Notes under the pieces: model-generated | What the model saw: the letters and a program-made list of their open reading frames with translations, nothing else | Database searches by the model: none | Told to the model about the DNA's origin: nothing | Program-made: the position numbers and the translations under genes | Shown: positions 39,301 through 47,930 of the stretch, in pieces | Numbering within the stretch: the first letter of the stretch is position 1 | Layout of the letters: the number at the start of each line of letters is the position of its first letter | From: Candidatus Woesearchaeota archaeon | GTDB taxonomy: Archaea; Nanobdellota; Nanobdellia; Pacearchaeales; UBA284 | DNA: 64,000 bases | NCBI GenBank assembly: GCA_964354405.1 | Contig: CAYGZP010000001.1 | Span: 15,634-79,633 of the forward strand | Reading direction: 5' to 3'

Positions 39301-40963
39301 TATGCATGCTCGAAGCCAAATCAGCTGCGTTGTGCAGCGCGATTACTCCATAATAAGTTCCTTGGGGCGAAGGCTGGTTAGCATAAGCAAATGCAACATC
39401 TCGCCATTTCTGTTTTGCCCCTTTGTACATGTCTTCAATATCTTTTGTGTAATAAATCTGTTCAGGTCCAGTTACAGAGATAATCTTGAACGGTACAGAT
39501 AAACTTCCTACATTCAAATCCAAATCCAACTTGGTTTTTCTTGCATAAAACTCCAAACCTTGCGCATAATTTTGGTTCTTGAACAACTCTTTCATCTCAG
39601 TAATCCATTGAGACTGTGCCATGACATTGAGCTCCAAGTTCACTCCCCTCTTGCTCTTGATATATTCGTGGATTCTGCTGACAATCTTCTCTTTATCTTT
39701 AGGATCAATTAAAACATACTCTTTGCTTCGAGAAAACAAAATCATGAAATCTGTGAATCCTTCATTAGTGTATTCTTTTCCTATAAATCCAACATAAAAG
39801 TGTTTTTGAGAATTATCTTTGTTAATCATAATATCGGTTCCTACAGTTGCTGTAACAGTTCTTGCATCAGGATCCTTGACTTCGATTTGGGCTTCATAAT
39901 CTTTTATTGTCAAAGTTTTGAAGCTCCCGACACACTTTATATCCGCACTGCCGCCATAACTTGAACTTGAGATAATATTGTTTATTTCGCATCCCGAATC
40001 CAATAATGGCTCACTGTTTCCAAGCAAGAGTTCATTTCCATTTACTAACACTCGCGCCCTGGTTGTAGGAACAGTTATTTCATCTAATCTCAACTTTAAT
40101 CCAGCCCCGCAATAAAATCCAGGCAACATTATTTCATCTCTTATTGTAGGATCTACTCCTTCGCGAAGTTCAACTGTTTTTATAGGCGCAGAGTTAGGAC
40201 TGGTGTAAACTGATATCTTCGCAGAACTTAATCCAGTAATCTCCTGCAATTTCAAATAGCCTTTTCCTTTCCAGAATCCAAACTCTTTATATCTCAAACT
40301 CCACTCCCCACTGTCCAACAAAGGCAAGACAAACTGATTCTCATTAATCCCGAAAGTCCGAGCGATGTCATATCTTATCTTCACAGACATATTTGCGATG
40401 ACTTTATCAGGCATTTTGTCTTCGCTGGGCTGCTGTTTTAACTGTATCCAAAGATAACCAAGATTATTCATCGTGGGCAATCCTTCAAATCCCGCTTTTT
40501 TCTGTTCAGCTGGCGCATAATAACTCAGGGCAGCACGGGCAGGCAAGAAATTCACGAATCCAATCTCATTTGATTTGTTCTCGACAACAGGGACAATGCT
40601 TTTGATATAAGGCACCTGGATGAGAGGATTGATTTTGATTCCTGTCATCCTGCAAAGCACAGGAACATCCTGCTCCTCTAACAAATCGCTTCTTACAACA
40701 GCAGGCGAGCAAGCAGCAGGATCAATCAAAACAAGGAAATCCATTCCTGATTTGTTGCAATAATCCGCGCTCCAAGAACTTTGAGTCCAAGGATTTACAG
40801 TATCTGTAGGATAAAGATAATTAGTGTTAGTGTTCGAAAGAGTTTGTCCAAGCTCAGCAGCAGTCATTTGAGCATGAACCCCAACAGCTCCGACAGCCAA
40901 GAAAATGAAAAGCGCAAATGCTATGATTATGCCCACGCCAAATCTTTTTTTATTAAATTGCAT
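33353..40963 (-). CDS. giant (2536 aa) secreted protein containing an M23 (LytM/lysostaphin-like) metallopeptidase domain
   Basis: N-terminal signal peptide. M23 signatures HEHKGLD(INAAKGTSILAVAPGKV), GYGNYVTIEHE and GDHLHLEI are encoded at about 34950-35300. Cys-rich and coiled-coil regions lie elsewhere. Confidence 0.7.
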   Translation of the reverse strand: MQFNKKRFGVGIIIAFALFIFLAVGAVGVHAQMTAAELGQTLSNTNTNYLYPTDTVNPWTQSSWSADYCNKSGMDFLVLIDPAACSPAVVRSDLLEEQDVPVLCRMTGIKINPLIQVPYIKSIVPVVENKSNEIGFVNFLPARAALSYYAPAEQKKAGFEGLPTMNNLGYLWIQLKQQPSEDKMPDKVIANMSVKIRYDIARTFGINENQFVLPLLDSGEWSLRYKEFGFWKGKGYLKLQEITGLSSAKISVYTSPNSAPIKTVELREGVDPTIRDEIMLPGFYCGAGLKLRLDEITVPTTRARVLVNGNELLLGNSEPLLDSGCEINNIISSSSYGGSADIKCVGSFKTLTIKDYEAQIEVKDPDARTVTATVGTDIMINKDNSQKHFYVGFIGKEYTNEGFTDFMILFSRSKEYVLIDPKDKEKIVSRIHEYIKSKRGVNLELNVMAQSQWITEMKELFKNQNYAQGLEFYARKTKLDLDLNVGSLSVPFKIISVTGPEQIYYTKDIEDMYKGAKQKWRDVAFAYANQPSPQGTYYGVIALHNAADLASSMHKKLDQAEILTELINKYSQSDEPEIIGEVENAREELRRAVAGAGDRSVSMTRPSGSYHIELISIEKPGLGTKEAQVELNDTKATITVDDTIGDWVVSEIDDTSIRLKNLTNNEVTLAAGSWQYFSGTKVRLLSTTLKKEVKVTVLPFEKERETITNFTVAIGIEKRAIKLTPEKTNELIEKLNKNIASLEKIRDNLGKIVTTWKKVCQVGAGVLWIKNFVSGLSGEAYARKIVMKPWTQRCSDSVYRQGINAKSISDCYRIKEKEINNDIELVQNSLSKTNKFISDVKSKNGVTTTGGLLGLSKTVNDEKFMEEAEKNFPQELEGIKVYEQKELRRIILGDGAIEFEGVTYANISKLLEAKPSVDKSKTAKILNNVVNSENIAGNFSTLYSSGRLFKDDVKNIVLDLDIYKQCSGKSQSEIANSAICQEKIKGGYGTLAETAEQVKDLNTLSAFSSKFGISPTVARPQQSQSLKAQVYRADLNFINKIKFGTHPQILAGDRYSAFSYLGAYYIAVVDSAAEHKFTINRLYKIDGDGNVQKFYNSLTEPSLEKRLREINVPDIEEVDITLCNNNEIKTPHRSEIKFWESGVYEGFVAWMPVDARAGWYVATTSYSGLEGAMAAWKESGDINTFWICNVGVDGLPNFDYSSGPLGDDCCTQVVLATGNVPEIAGCITPGCSSNLINKAKKCSAEAIREFAAGNRKIHTSCGDYTLGKPPVSTASAQCEDFMSASDCKLMYNLCDPVMCPASRCDFGGRMPVEDVVQTGVVGSLLLCLPNFDNGKGVIVPICLTGVHAGIDSFIGIMKSGRDCLQEQLKSGKTVGICDQITSVYMCEFFWKQLDPFLKAGIPAITESLTSRGGGEYALFSESWKQSVNAARYFTDYYALNSFNAFKARSTGQIGSEVCKKFVSTTYPTQSNLLDELSKPESPTQATAWFDEIPMGGASPDSHYKVFAYIFAGNDQGAYYSIYLRRPAKSGYYEQFIPEEYLVKDGYGYLGVGQYLSISPDFTAPSGYKEICIRINQQEICGFGQASTNFAVNELQNVYLQNQLDNPVETAKECVSGTPSIIPTATLNIQSYVESSLEPQIYKRGIVRICSSRNPGESVQQTERYKRIGYCDNKDVGCWLDMNSVNESVSDLGIRANIVNESDQKDIAWAIDKYNLSAPAQSQIELDNLEPKLQTIENKVNAFITEVRNYKVEDLKTVKVQLDTEIGEIAKEIDSLSYDFKQISARCARADEKARAEFSIAKLYDLKAKLYASREVYQTEMKMEAGDKCVVGQGGKWMTVVTCPTDYEWITNPSDSSEHPGQKCCREIVKIQELEFMWPVPQVGVLGAGSCFGYERVRPKLHEHKGLDINAAKGTSILAVAPGKVIDAENNEIEMGTKGTGYGNYVTIEHEIGKEKVYSFYGHMKTGSVRVKKDDIVKAGDKLGEADNTGYSEGDHLHLEIRVGCDTQDCAKDPLCFFSEADRTKYVGSKCTPKNCQDVYQQLGVREKVVKEEGKKCEDQKTKTNCDTASGCWWDSKYNNCKNCPNKCEGDTKGIGVIEYIGNVFGGNAPAENDLVFKTQQDCEQNECSLACLWFESKCQSINDALQKKMLSLNTMSIEDLNSLKLLIENNRASLSNADVLLGRIATRLQELQPQAGSVSLVYSVNNGGSFNIIEREKGYGPEINYGDSVKICAVVKMGNDYYSGESLTVGNKKMKQYSGDASIKWFNIYPIQAYYDGDDVYNGIVPIKYDETSISGDGWCINANSAVGSYWYRADITLDSSTVSSPGKINNNYLESSAYDVGIENVLKVSRKSTNANPLVAEMEAFKNVPFVGRTPNAENGKSINYLYKGMECYSLVAIAAEKAFGKSFPSDSIPTLLASSNVEVVKDIGTGEEIRLMKVSEIVSRAILFRDEFYVLFLYNENKREYDHALVFVDDNGNNAIDWEDDITYTSSTCLVDGPSTQKGTLVNAQGNICYTQLKRYRETDPKATLVRLKV
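34950..35300 (-). other. M23 peptidase domain within the giant protein (approximate bounds)
   Basis: HxxxD and HxH zinc-ligand motifs in the correct order and spacing. Confidence 0.65.
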
Positions 40964-40976
40964 TTTGGTTTTTTGT

Positions 40977-42833
40977 TTATTTCAGTTGAATATTAACTTG
41001 GCTCGCGCCAATCAAGCTATAAATTTCTATCAGATCATTCAAGTTTGCAGGAATGCTGGAAGTCTCCGCGACAAGGCTGATTTTGCTCTTGCCTTTCAAA
41101 TCAGACTCGGTAACAAAAAATTGAGCTTGACCGCCGCCGAACAGAACATTTGTGAAAGATTGCTGAGGTACATCTAGCTCATAACACTGCTCTTGCATCT
41201 GTCCCATCATTCCGCCGATTCCTTCAACAGGAATCTTGACACAAGTCTCTCCTTTCTGTGCTCCAATCGTGATACTGGCTTCTTTATAGACATAAACTGT
41301 AACATTATAATTTCCCTCACTCAAATTAATCTTTTTCTGTTCAGGATAATATATCGATGAACTCGAACCCTGCGAACTGAAACTAATCAAAGCATACTCG
41401 CCTTGTCTCAAGTTAGGCATTTCAACATCTAACTCGTGTGTAGGGGCCAAAAACATGTTTAACACAACTGGTTCTGTAGTTGTGAACATAAGCCTAGATT
41501 CCTTGAATCCTTGAGCTTTCGCGATAATGAATCCGTTGTAGCATTGAGGAACTAAAGTCTCGAGTTTTGCCTTGCCCTCTATCATTTTTGTTCTGCCTAA
41601 GTTGCACACTTGGTTGAAACATTTGAATGAAACATCAGCCTCGACAGGCACAGAGTTCTCATCATAGCTAAAAATCTTTGCTTCTTGTGTTTTATAGTTG
41701 CATATATCAAACTCAACTTCACTAGACTCTGAAACTGTGGCGTTTCTTGCAACACTTTTATCTATAACAACAACTGTCGCGAACTGGAACAATTCGCCGT
41801 TCTTGTTCAACTGCACAACAACTGGATAATAAACATCATAGACAAAATGATAAGGAACATAACATAATCCAACCATTCCTAAAATTCCTAAACCTTCCTG
41901 CATTCCTATTGGTTCGGCTTTCATAATCTCTCCTTCAGTTGGCCATACTTCAATTCTCGAGTTCCACGCAGGAACATACAAGAAATATGCATTTGATGAG
42001 ACAGTTCCAACATCAACTTCAAAATATTTGTTCTCTGGCTTCGCCAAACTGTAATCGCTTCCCTTGACTTTCAGCGCAGCAATATTTCCTTCTAGCGCGC
42101 TCTTCAATTCCTGTTTAACCTCACTTACTTGCCAAATCTTGGGCGCACAGCTTAGCTCAATATCATCAACAGGCGCATAGAGCCTCAAAACATCGACAGA
42201 ATAATTCTCCAAGAACAAAGTTTTTTGCTCAGCTGTGAAAATTTTACCCGCATCATTGTAAAGCGCGCCAAAATTGCTCTTGGTCGTAATTTTGTGATTA
42301 GTTATCACAATACTTTGTTCATCCCAAGCCATTTTAATTGCCCACGCAACATTTGTTTCAATGCTCGAGCCCTTAATCTTTACATCAACAGCGGGCTCTC
42401 CGCTAATTTCAATTTGATAACCTTCTGATTTTATTGAAGTAAAATCACATTCCTTCACACTCTCGCTCAAATAATTTTCAAACTCGCTCTCGATGCTTGC
42501 AAGTGAGGGTTTTCTTTCTCTCGCGAGATTATTTCCCGAAACATAGAACCAGTAAGGGACTGACATTCCAAGATAATTCAACTGATTCGAGAAAGGCATG
42601 TACTCTGAGCCAGCTTCAAACTCCGGCATATCAATATAACCGCCCTGCATGCCCGCGATCTGGCTTGCTTCTTTGACTTTCACATCAACACAATCTTTAA
42701 AATAGTTCTCAGCAGGCTGCAGTTTTGAAGGCACAGTTACTTGTGGTTTTAGAAATAGGAAGGCTAAGAGAGCGAAAGCTACTATAACTATCGCTATAAT
42801 TATAAATAAAGTAACCTGTGCCTTCTTCTGCAT
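40977..42833 (-). CDS. 618-aa secreted protein with pilin-like (class III-type) N-terminus
   Basis: N-terminus MQKKA/QVTLFIIIAIVIVAFALLAFLFL resembles archaeal prepilin signals. Stop is 14 nt upstream of the giant protein start (same strand, probable operon). Confidence 0.45.
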   Translation of the reverse strand: MQKKAQVTLFIIIAIVIVAFALLAFLFLKPQVTVPSKLQPAENYFKDCVDVKVKEASQIAGMQGGYIDMPEFEAGSEYMPFSNQLNYLGMSVPYWFYVSGNNLARERKPSLASIESEFENYLSESVKECDFTSIKSEGYQIEISGEPAVDVKIKGSSIETNVAWAIKMAWDEQSIVITNHKITTKSNFGALYNDAGKIFTAEQKTLFLENYSVDVLRLYAPVDDIELSCAPKIWQVSEVKQELKSALEGNIAALKVKGSDYSLAKPENKYFEVDVGTVSSNAYFLYVPAWNSRIEVWPTEGEIMKAEPIGMQEGLGILGMVGLCYVPYHFVYDVYYPVVVQLNKNGELFQFATVVVIDKSVARNATVSESSEVEFDICNYKTQEAKIFSYDENSVPVEADVSFKCFNQVCNLGRTKMIEGKAKLETLVPQCYNGFIIAKAQGFKESRLMFTTTEPVVLNMFLAPTHELDVEMPNLRQGEYALISFSSQGSSSSIYYPEQKKINLSEGNYNVTVYVYKEASITIGAQKGETCVKIPVEGIGGMMGQMQEQCYELDVPQQSFTNVLFGGGQAQFFVTESDLKGKSKISLVAETSSIPANLNDLIEIYSLIGASQVNIQLK

Positions 42834-42938
42834 TTGGCTAGCCTCTTTTCTTCTATCTAGATTTTTGGAAAAGGAAAAAAGATTATATAAATCTTCTTCT
42901 ACGTCGTCTTCTCTGCTTTTCTCTATTTCTGCGCTATG

Positions 42939-43283
42939 TTAAAACTTGAAAACGTCTCCAAATTTGCCCACTACAGGCAATGGAGCTTTCTTGCCGCTTA
43001 ATGCGTTGATTACTCCAAGTATCCACAACACAACTAATCCAAGCCAGATTATTGTGCCGATTATCCATCCAATAACTGGGATAAATGCCAAAATTACCCA
43101 GAGTATCCATGCAATTATCCATGTAATGAATAAAACAAGTCCTTGTTTGGCATGGTAGATACTGAAATCTCCTCTCTCGCTCTTAGTGGCCAGAACAATT
43201 ATCGGGCCAATAAGTGGGAGTAAATAACACAAAAACGCAAAAAGCTTTTCATCGTCGCTTCCTTTTTTTGCTTTTTCAGCCAT
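42939..43283 (-). CDS. DUF4870-family small membrane protein
   Basis: LCYLLPLIGPII...FSIYHAKQG signature; 114 aa with 2-3 TM helices. Confidence 0.45.
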   Translation of the reverse strand: MAEKAKKGSDDEKLFAFLCYLLPLIGPIIVLATKSERGDFSIYHAKQGLVLFITWIIAWILWVILAFIPVIGWIIGTIIWLGLVVLWILGVINALSGKKAPLPVVGKFGDVFKF

Positions 43284-43320
43284 TTTTTTTATCTCTTTTT
43301 TTATTTAATCTCTGATTCAG

Positions 43321-43393
43321 TGGACCCGGCTGGGATCGAACCAGCGATTTCAACCACGTCAAGGTTGCGTCGTAACCACTAGACCACGGGTCC
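43321..43393 (-). tRNA. tRNA-Val (anticodon GAC)
   Basis: Acceptor GGACCCG/CGGGUCC, anticodon stem CAACC/GGUUG with loop UUGACGU, and T arm GCUGG-UUCGAUC-CCAGC. 73 nt. Confidence 0.8.
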
Positions 43394-43440
43394 ACCTTGA
43401 CTGAAAACTATAAGAAACTGCAATTTAAAAAGATTAAGTT

Positions 43441-43908
43441 TCAAGATATAAGATCAATAATGCTTTTCTTAAAAAGATCCGCCCTAATCCTAGGGGCTTC
43501 TTCTTCTTCTTTGGATTCTCCAATTATAGAGACATAATCCATTCTTTTCTTTTTGCGTTCAAAGAAATATAATTCCCCGCCCCCATATTCGCAAAAATGG
43601 GATTTTATTTTGCGCTTTTTGAAATAACGCATAATTTCATAATGATTTAATCCTCTTAAAATATTGAAGTCAAATTCTTTGTCTACAACATAAAATCTTC
43701 CTTCTTTAAAACACCATCTAAAAAGCTCGTTGAAATCTTCCAAATTCACTTGATTGTGTTCACAGAAAGAACGCATGATATCTTTGGGGGCTATATAGGG
43801 GGCCATATGTTCTTCATCAGCAAATCTTATGTTCAATTTTCCTTGGGCCCCTTTTTCCTCATCAAATTGTATTCTTAATCTGTCAAATCTATTTTTATTG
43901 TTTGCCAT
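43441..43908 (-). CDS. hypothetical protein
   Basis: 155-aa ORF with good coding texture; no family recognised. Confidence 0.3.
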   Translation of the reverse strand: MANNKNRFDRLRIQFDEEKGAQGKLNIRFADEEHMAPYIAPKDIMRSFCEHNQVNLEDFNELFRWCFKEGRFYVVDKEFDFNILRGLNHYEIMRYFKKRKIKSHFCEYGGGELYFFERKKKRMDYVSIIGESKEEEEAPRIRADLFKKSIIDLIS

Positions 43909-43917
43909 TTTTCTTTC

Positions 43918-44316
43918 CTATCCGAAGATAAATCCTATTCCTTCTGAAGCTCCTTGCTCCAACGCTTCAATTTTTTCTTTAATCTCCTGAGCATCTTTTC
44001 CTCCCAAAACTTTCGCGCCTAAATCAAATAAAACTTTCTCGTTTCTCTCGAAAAATTTCTCATCTCCCGAGATATACAAATATGAAACTTTCTTTTCTAT
44101 GCCCAAGGCCCTTGCCTCTCGCAAAATATAACCATTTTTCTTGAATTCATTGACTCGCCATGCCTTTGCTTTCTCCAAATTGCCCTTGCCTGCCTCTTTC
44201 TCAATCTCAACATCCAACTCGCCTGTTGCAGTGTCCTGAGCTTCCAAGACATTCTTGATTTTCTGCAACTTCGCCAACTTAATCTCATATATTTTTATCA
44301 TAACAAATCTTAGCAA
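43918..44316 (-). CDS. hypothetical protein
   Basis: 132-aa ORF; KE-rich helical; no family recognised. Confidence 0.3.
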   Translation of the reverse strand: MLRFVMIKIYEIKLAKLQKIKNVLEAQDTATGELDVEIEKEAGKGNLEKAKAWRVNEFKKNGYILREARALGIEKKVSYLYISGDEKFFERNEKVLFDLGAKVLGGKDAQEIKEKIEALEQGASEGIGFIFG

Positions 44317-44336
44317 ATCTCCATTTTTAAAAGTTT

Positions 44337-45611
44337 TTACATTCCAGTATAATCTTTCACTTTCTCTTCAAAGTTAAAAAACCAGTCATGAAGTTTGGTT
44401 CCTGCATGATAATATTTTCCTTGCAAAGAAGGCCACACTTCCCGGGTTAAATGAAAGAATCTTCCGAAAGTCTGTACATATATCGCTGTCGCTGCGAAAA
44501 GCAGTGTATCGAAAGTCAGATAAAGAGGAATGAAAGGAATGAACTTCTTGCCGGTTTTTATCCTCAAGAAAGCAGTCATCATAGCGATATTCATCATGGC
44601 AAAATCAAGAGCAGCGAAAAACACAGAATAAACCGAGTTCAATGAAAATAAAAATGTGATAATCAAAACTAATGCCACAAGCTGGATTGCATGAGGCCAT
44701 GCTTCCATAAACTTTTTCCATTTCTTTGTCTGCCCGAAAAAAGAATTAATGTTCACTTTATACCATCGGGTTCTCTGCCTCCAATACTGCTGCAATGTCT
44801 CGACTTCCTCTTCAACTCCTGTCGCTGAGACACCAACAGATTTCCATCCATTATCAATAACTTTTGTAATCACTTCAAGATCATCTAACAGATTTGTGCC
44901 AAATTTTGTTTGCTCCCATGCCTTTCTCCTCAAAGCCTGATTTGCGCCAACAGAAAAAACAGTTTCCGAATCTCGCAGCATCGGCGCGACAAACCTCCAT
45001 TCATCCTCGACAGCCCGCATCATTGTAATAATGCTTTTATAATAATTCCCGCAATGGATTGTTCCCGCAACTGCGCCCACTTTCTCATCCTTGAAAGGCT
45101 GGACAATATCCAGAATCCAGTCTTTCTCAGCAATTACATCAGGATCAGTCATCAGAAGTATCCCGCCCGTGGCTAGTTTTTCTATAGCCAAGTCAAGCAG
45201 CGGGCCCTTCATTGGATATCGCTTTTCAGCTCTCAGATATTTAATCAAGCCTTTTTTCTTATATTCTATACATATCTCGTCTGTCTCATCTTTTGAGGCA
45301 TTATCATAGACAATTATTTCATACTTGCTCTTGGGGTAATTCTGTTTGAGCAGATTGTCAATTATTCTTCTAATTATGTTCCCTCCATCCTTTGAGTAAA
45401 CCATCACAGAAACCATAGGAAAATAATCATGAACAATCTTTTTTCTGCGGGTAGTTAAACTAAAATAAATAATATAGACACAATACAGAAAAATCAGCAG
45501 CAAGAAAAACATAACAATATAAAACCCCGGATTGTTCAGTTCTATAGGCGCTGGCCTTGCTAAACTAATTTCTGGTATGTTTAATTCCATAAGGGGTTGG
45601 ATATCTGCCAT
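44337..45611 (-). CDS. family 2 glycosyltransferase (membrane-bound, cellulose-synthase-like topology)
   Basis: IIVYDNASKDET (DxD-type region), TDPD, and QRTRWYKV resembling Q(R/Q)xRW. TM helices at both ends; 424 aa. Confidence 0.65.
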   Translation of the reverse strand: MADIQPLMELNIPEISLARPAPIELNNPGFYIVMFFLLLIFLYCVYIIYFSLTTRRKKIVHDYFPMVSVMVYSKDGGNIIRRIIDNLLKQNYPKSKYEIIVYDNASKDETDEICIEYKKKGLIKYLRAEKRYPMKGPLLDLAIEKLATGGILLMTDPDVIAEKDWILDIVQPFKDEKVGAVAGTIHCGNYYKSIITMMRAVEDEWRFVAPMLRDSETVFSVGANQALRRKAWEQTKFGTNLLDDLEVITKVIDNGWKSVGVSATGVEEEVETLQQYWRQRTRWYKVNINSFFGQTKKWKKFMEAWPHAIQLVALVLIITFLFSLNSVYSVFFAALDFAMMNIAMMTAFLRIKTGKKFIPFIPLYLTFDTLLFAATAIYVQTFGRFFHLTREVWPSLQGKYYHAGTKLHDWFFNFEEKVKDYTGM

Positions 45612-45633
45612 TCTTTATTCTCGCACAAATAAA

Positions 45634-45705
45634 AGCCTCTGGAGGGATTTGAACCCCCGACCCCCTGTTTACAAAACAGATGCTCTGCCACTGAGCTACA
45701 GAGGC
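45634..45705 (-). tRNA. tRNA-Thr (anticodon UGU)
   Basis: Acceptor GCCUCUG/CAGAGGC, D arm GCUC-AGUGGC-AGAGC, anticodon stem UCUGU/ACAGG with loop UUUGUAA, and T arm GGGGG-UUCAAAU-CCCUC. 72 nt. Confidence 0.8.
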
Positions 45706-45758
45706 ATACGATAAAAGAGTTTAGAAAACTTTTAAACTTTGCCTTTGCTTTCCGAGTT

Positions 45759-46289
45759 TTATGCTTTCACTTTCTCAACTTTCACAACTCGCAACTCGCA
45801 AACAGCCAAAGGATAGACTTTTTTCAAGCGCTTTGACAATTGTCTTTGTAAAATCCCTGTTATCACAGCTTGGAAAATCTGGTCTCTCGTTCTTTCAACA
45901 GCTGTCTTCTCTAAAAAGTCCCGGGCATCATCCCTCAAAGCTTTCATAACGCTTCTGTGGACTTTTTTTCTCGTGATAAGGAAAGGTTTTATTCTCAAAG
46001 CACAATCTTGGGCCTTGACAACAAAGGAATCTTCTACAATGCTGATGTTATGTCCAATTAATCTTCGTATATAAGAAGGATATATCGTGAAAGAGTATAT
46101 CTCGCCGATCATCTCATTCTCAATTTTCTTCACAAGAAATTTTGCCTCACAGTTCTTGCCCTTCAAAATCTTTGTTAAATCCAGCTTGACAACTCTTCCA
46201 ATCAAAAGGTCAGCGTTTGTCGTGAGCAATGGAACTATAGAATCTAATACTTCAAGCCTTACATCAAAAAATTTCTTTTTTTCAACCAT
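45759..46289 (-). CDS. rps3ae: 30S ribosomal protein S3Ae (eS1)
   Basis: Block similarity to archaeal S3Ae (LIGRVVKLDL; YIRRLIGHNISIVED; KVYPLAVCELRVVKVEKV); 176 aa. Confidence 0.6.
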   Translation of the reverse strand: MVEKKKFFDVRLEVLDSIVPLLTTNADLLIGRVVKLDLTKILKGKNCEAKFLVKKIENEMIGEIYSFTIYPSYIRRLIGHNISIVEDSFVVKAQDCALRIKPFLITRKKVHRSVMKALRDDARDFLEKTAVERTRDQIFQAVITGILQRQLSKRLKKVYPLAVCELRVVKVEKVKA

Positions 46290-46312
46290 TTTAGATTTTT
46301 ATTTTTATATTA

Positions 46313-46633
46313 TTATTTTCCTTCCTTTATCTGCCCCTTGCTAGAGCGTCTTCCATAAGTCGCTTGTTTGCTTTTTTTGCAAACTTGACAAGTATAAATC
46401 AACACAACTTTTTTGGTGGATTTAGTTTTTCTTTTCCATTTCCCTATTGCAGCTTTGCTTCCCCATTTGCCTAAGTTTCCCATTCCTCTTCCCCTGCCTC
46501 TTTTCCTGGCTCTCTGGATACTAAATTTTTTCATCGCGCCCCTCTTGATTATTGGGCTTACAAATCCAACTTTATGTTCTGTGTGTTTCTTACAATATGG
46601 ACAATATCTGTTTATTTTCTTTGGAAATTTCAT
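46313..46633 (-). CDS. rpl44e: 50S ribosomal protein L44e (eL42)
   Basis: CPYCKKHTEHKV...CQVCKK zinc-binding pattern and overall L44e similarity. Confidence 0.8.
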   Translation of the reverse strand: MKFPKKINRYCPYCKKHTEHKVGFVSPIIKRGAMKKFSIQRARKRGRGRGMGNLGKWGSKAAIGKWKRKTKSTKKVVLIYTCQVCKKSKQATYGRRSSKGQIKEGK

Positions 46634-46668
46634 TTTTCTTTATTTTTATTTTATTTGATGATATTTGA

Positions 46669-47235
46669 TTATTTTTCTTCGTCTATCAAGGCGGTTTTGC
46701 CGTCTGTCACGAGTATTTCTGCGATTTCTTTCGGCAAATTAGCAACATCACCCTTTTTGAAAGGCCCTAATTCATTGCCATTACTGCCAAAAAATGCGGG
46801 CACTTCCTCTTTAAACCTCACGAAGAGATTTTTTAAATCTTTCTCCTCTTTGACTTGTCCTTCTAATATTGCAGCAACATTCTGATGGTTCTGCTCAAGT
46901 TGTTTCACAGCAACATTAAAGAGTTCTTGTTCATGCACCAAAAGACTTTCAGTGTCGCGCCTACTTATCCCTGTCGCAGCAGCTACAAAAGCCAAATCCA
47001 AAACTTTTCTTTGCCTAATAGCTAATATCTCTTTGATTATACTCAAGGCATTGTCAAGTTGTTTTCGAGTCATTCGTAAAGTGTCAGAAAACAAGTTGCC
47101 TTCTCTCGCAACAATGCTCTTTTTCTCGTTTAAATAAGTGCCAACTTCCTGTAAAAAGTTCTCGGGAAGCGTTTGCAGAGCTTCATTATATTTCTCTTTG
47201 CGCAACACGTCATAAATTTCTTGGTAAGTTATCAT
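46669..47235 (-). CDS. hypothetical helical protein
   Basis: 188-aa ORF; no confident family. Confidence 0.25.
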   Translation of the reverse strand: MITYQEIYDVLRKEKYNEALQTLPENFLQEVGTYLNEKKSIVAREGNLFSDTLRMTRKQLDNALSIIKEILAIRQRKVLDLAFVAAATGISRRDTESLLVHEQELFNVAVKQLEQNHQNVAAILEGQVKEEKDLKNLFVRFKEEVPAFFGSNGNELGPFKKGDVANLPKEIAEILVTDGKTALIDEEK

Positions 47236-47307
47236 TTTCTAAATCCCATCTTAGCCAAACTGACAAGCAACCCTCGATTTAAAAACTTTTATGTAGAATT
47301 CTATCTT

Positions 47308-47883
47308 TCAACATTTCACAGAATACTCAAAATAATCATCCCAAGGATTTTCAAGCTTCATCATCTGCTTCACAGTTAAATGTTCGAAATGCCGCCTGAA
47401 AGGCCTCATTGAATTTCCCGAAGCCGAGATAGCAACATTGACTTTCTTGCTTTTCATCAATTTTAACATATCTTTAATGAAAGCCAACACTCGCTTTTCA
47501 ACCACCTTGATGCTTTCGCCGCTCGGCGGAGGAGTATCATAGCTTCGATGATAAATATCAAACTTCTCCTTGCCATATTTCTCAATAAACTTCTTGTGAC
47601 TCAACCCCTGTAACTTGCCATAACTCCTTTCGCGCAATCTCCAGTCAACTATCTTTTTTTTGCATTCTGGATGATATCTAAGAACTTCTTTGAGTGTTTT
47701 AGTACATCTCAACAAATCACTTGTATAAGCAACCGAGAATTTTTTATTTTTCAGTTTCTTGGCAATAATCTTAGCTTGTTTAATACCAAGAGGAGTCAAT
47801 TTAGAGTCTTTCCATCCCGTAAATATATGATCTCTATTGTAAAACGTCTGCCCATGCCTAAACAAGTAAATCTTGCAAATCAT
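47308..47883 (-). CDS. histidine phosphatase family protein (phosphoglycerate-mutase-like)
   Basis: LFRHGQTFYN...TGWKDSKLTPLGIKQA catalytic RHG motif; 191 aa. Confidence 0.6.
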   Translation of the reverse strand: MICKIYLFRHGQTFYNRDHIFTGWKDSKLTPLGIKQAKIIAKKLKNKKFSVAYTSDLLRCTKTLKEVLRYHPECKKKIVDWRLRERSYGKLQGLSHKKFIEKYGKEKFDIYHRSYDTPPPSGESIKVVEKRVLAFIKDMLKLMKSKKVNVAISASGNSMRPFRRHFEHLTVKQMMKLENPWDDYFEYSVKC

Positions 47884-47930
47884 TTCTGCCTCTTTTATAC
47901 AGTTAATTAATAAAGATTTATAAATTCTTC

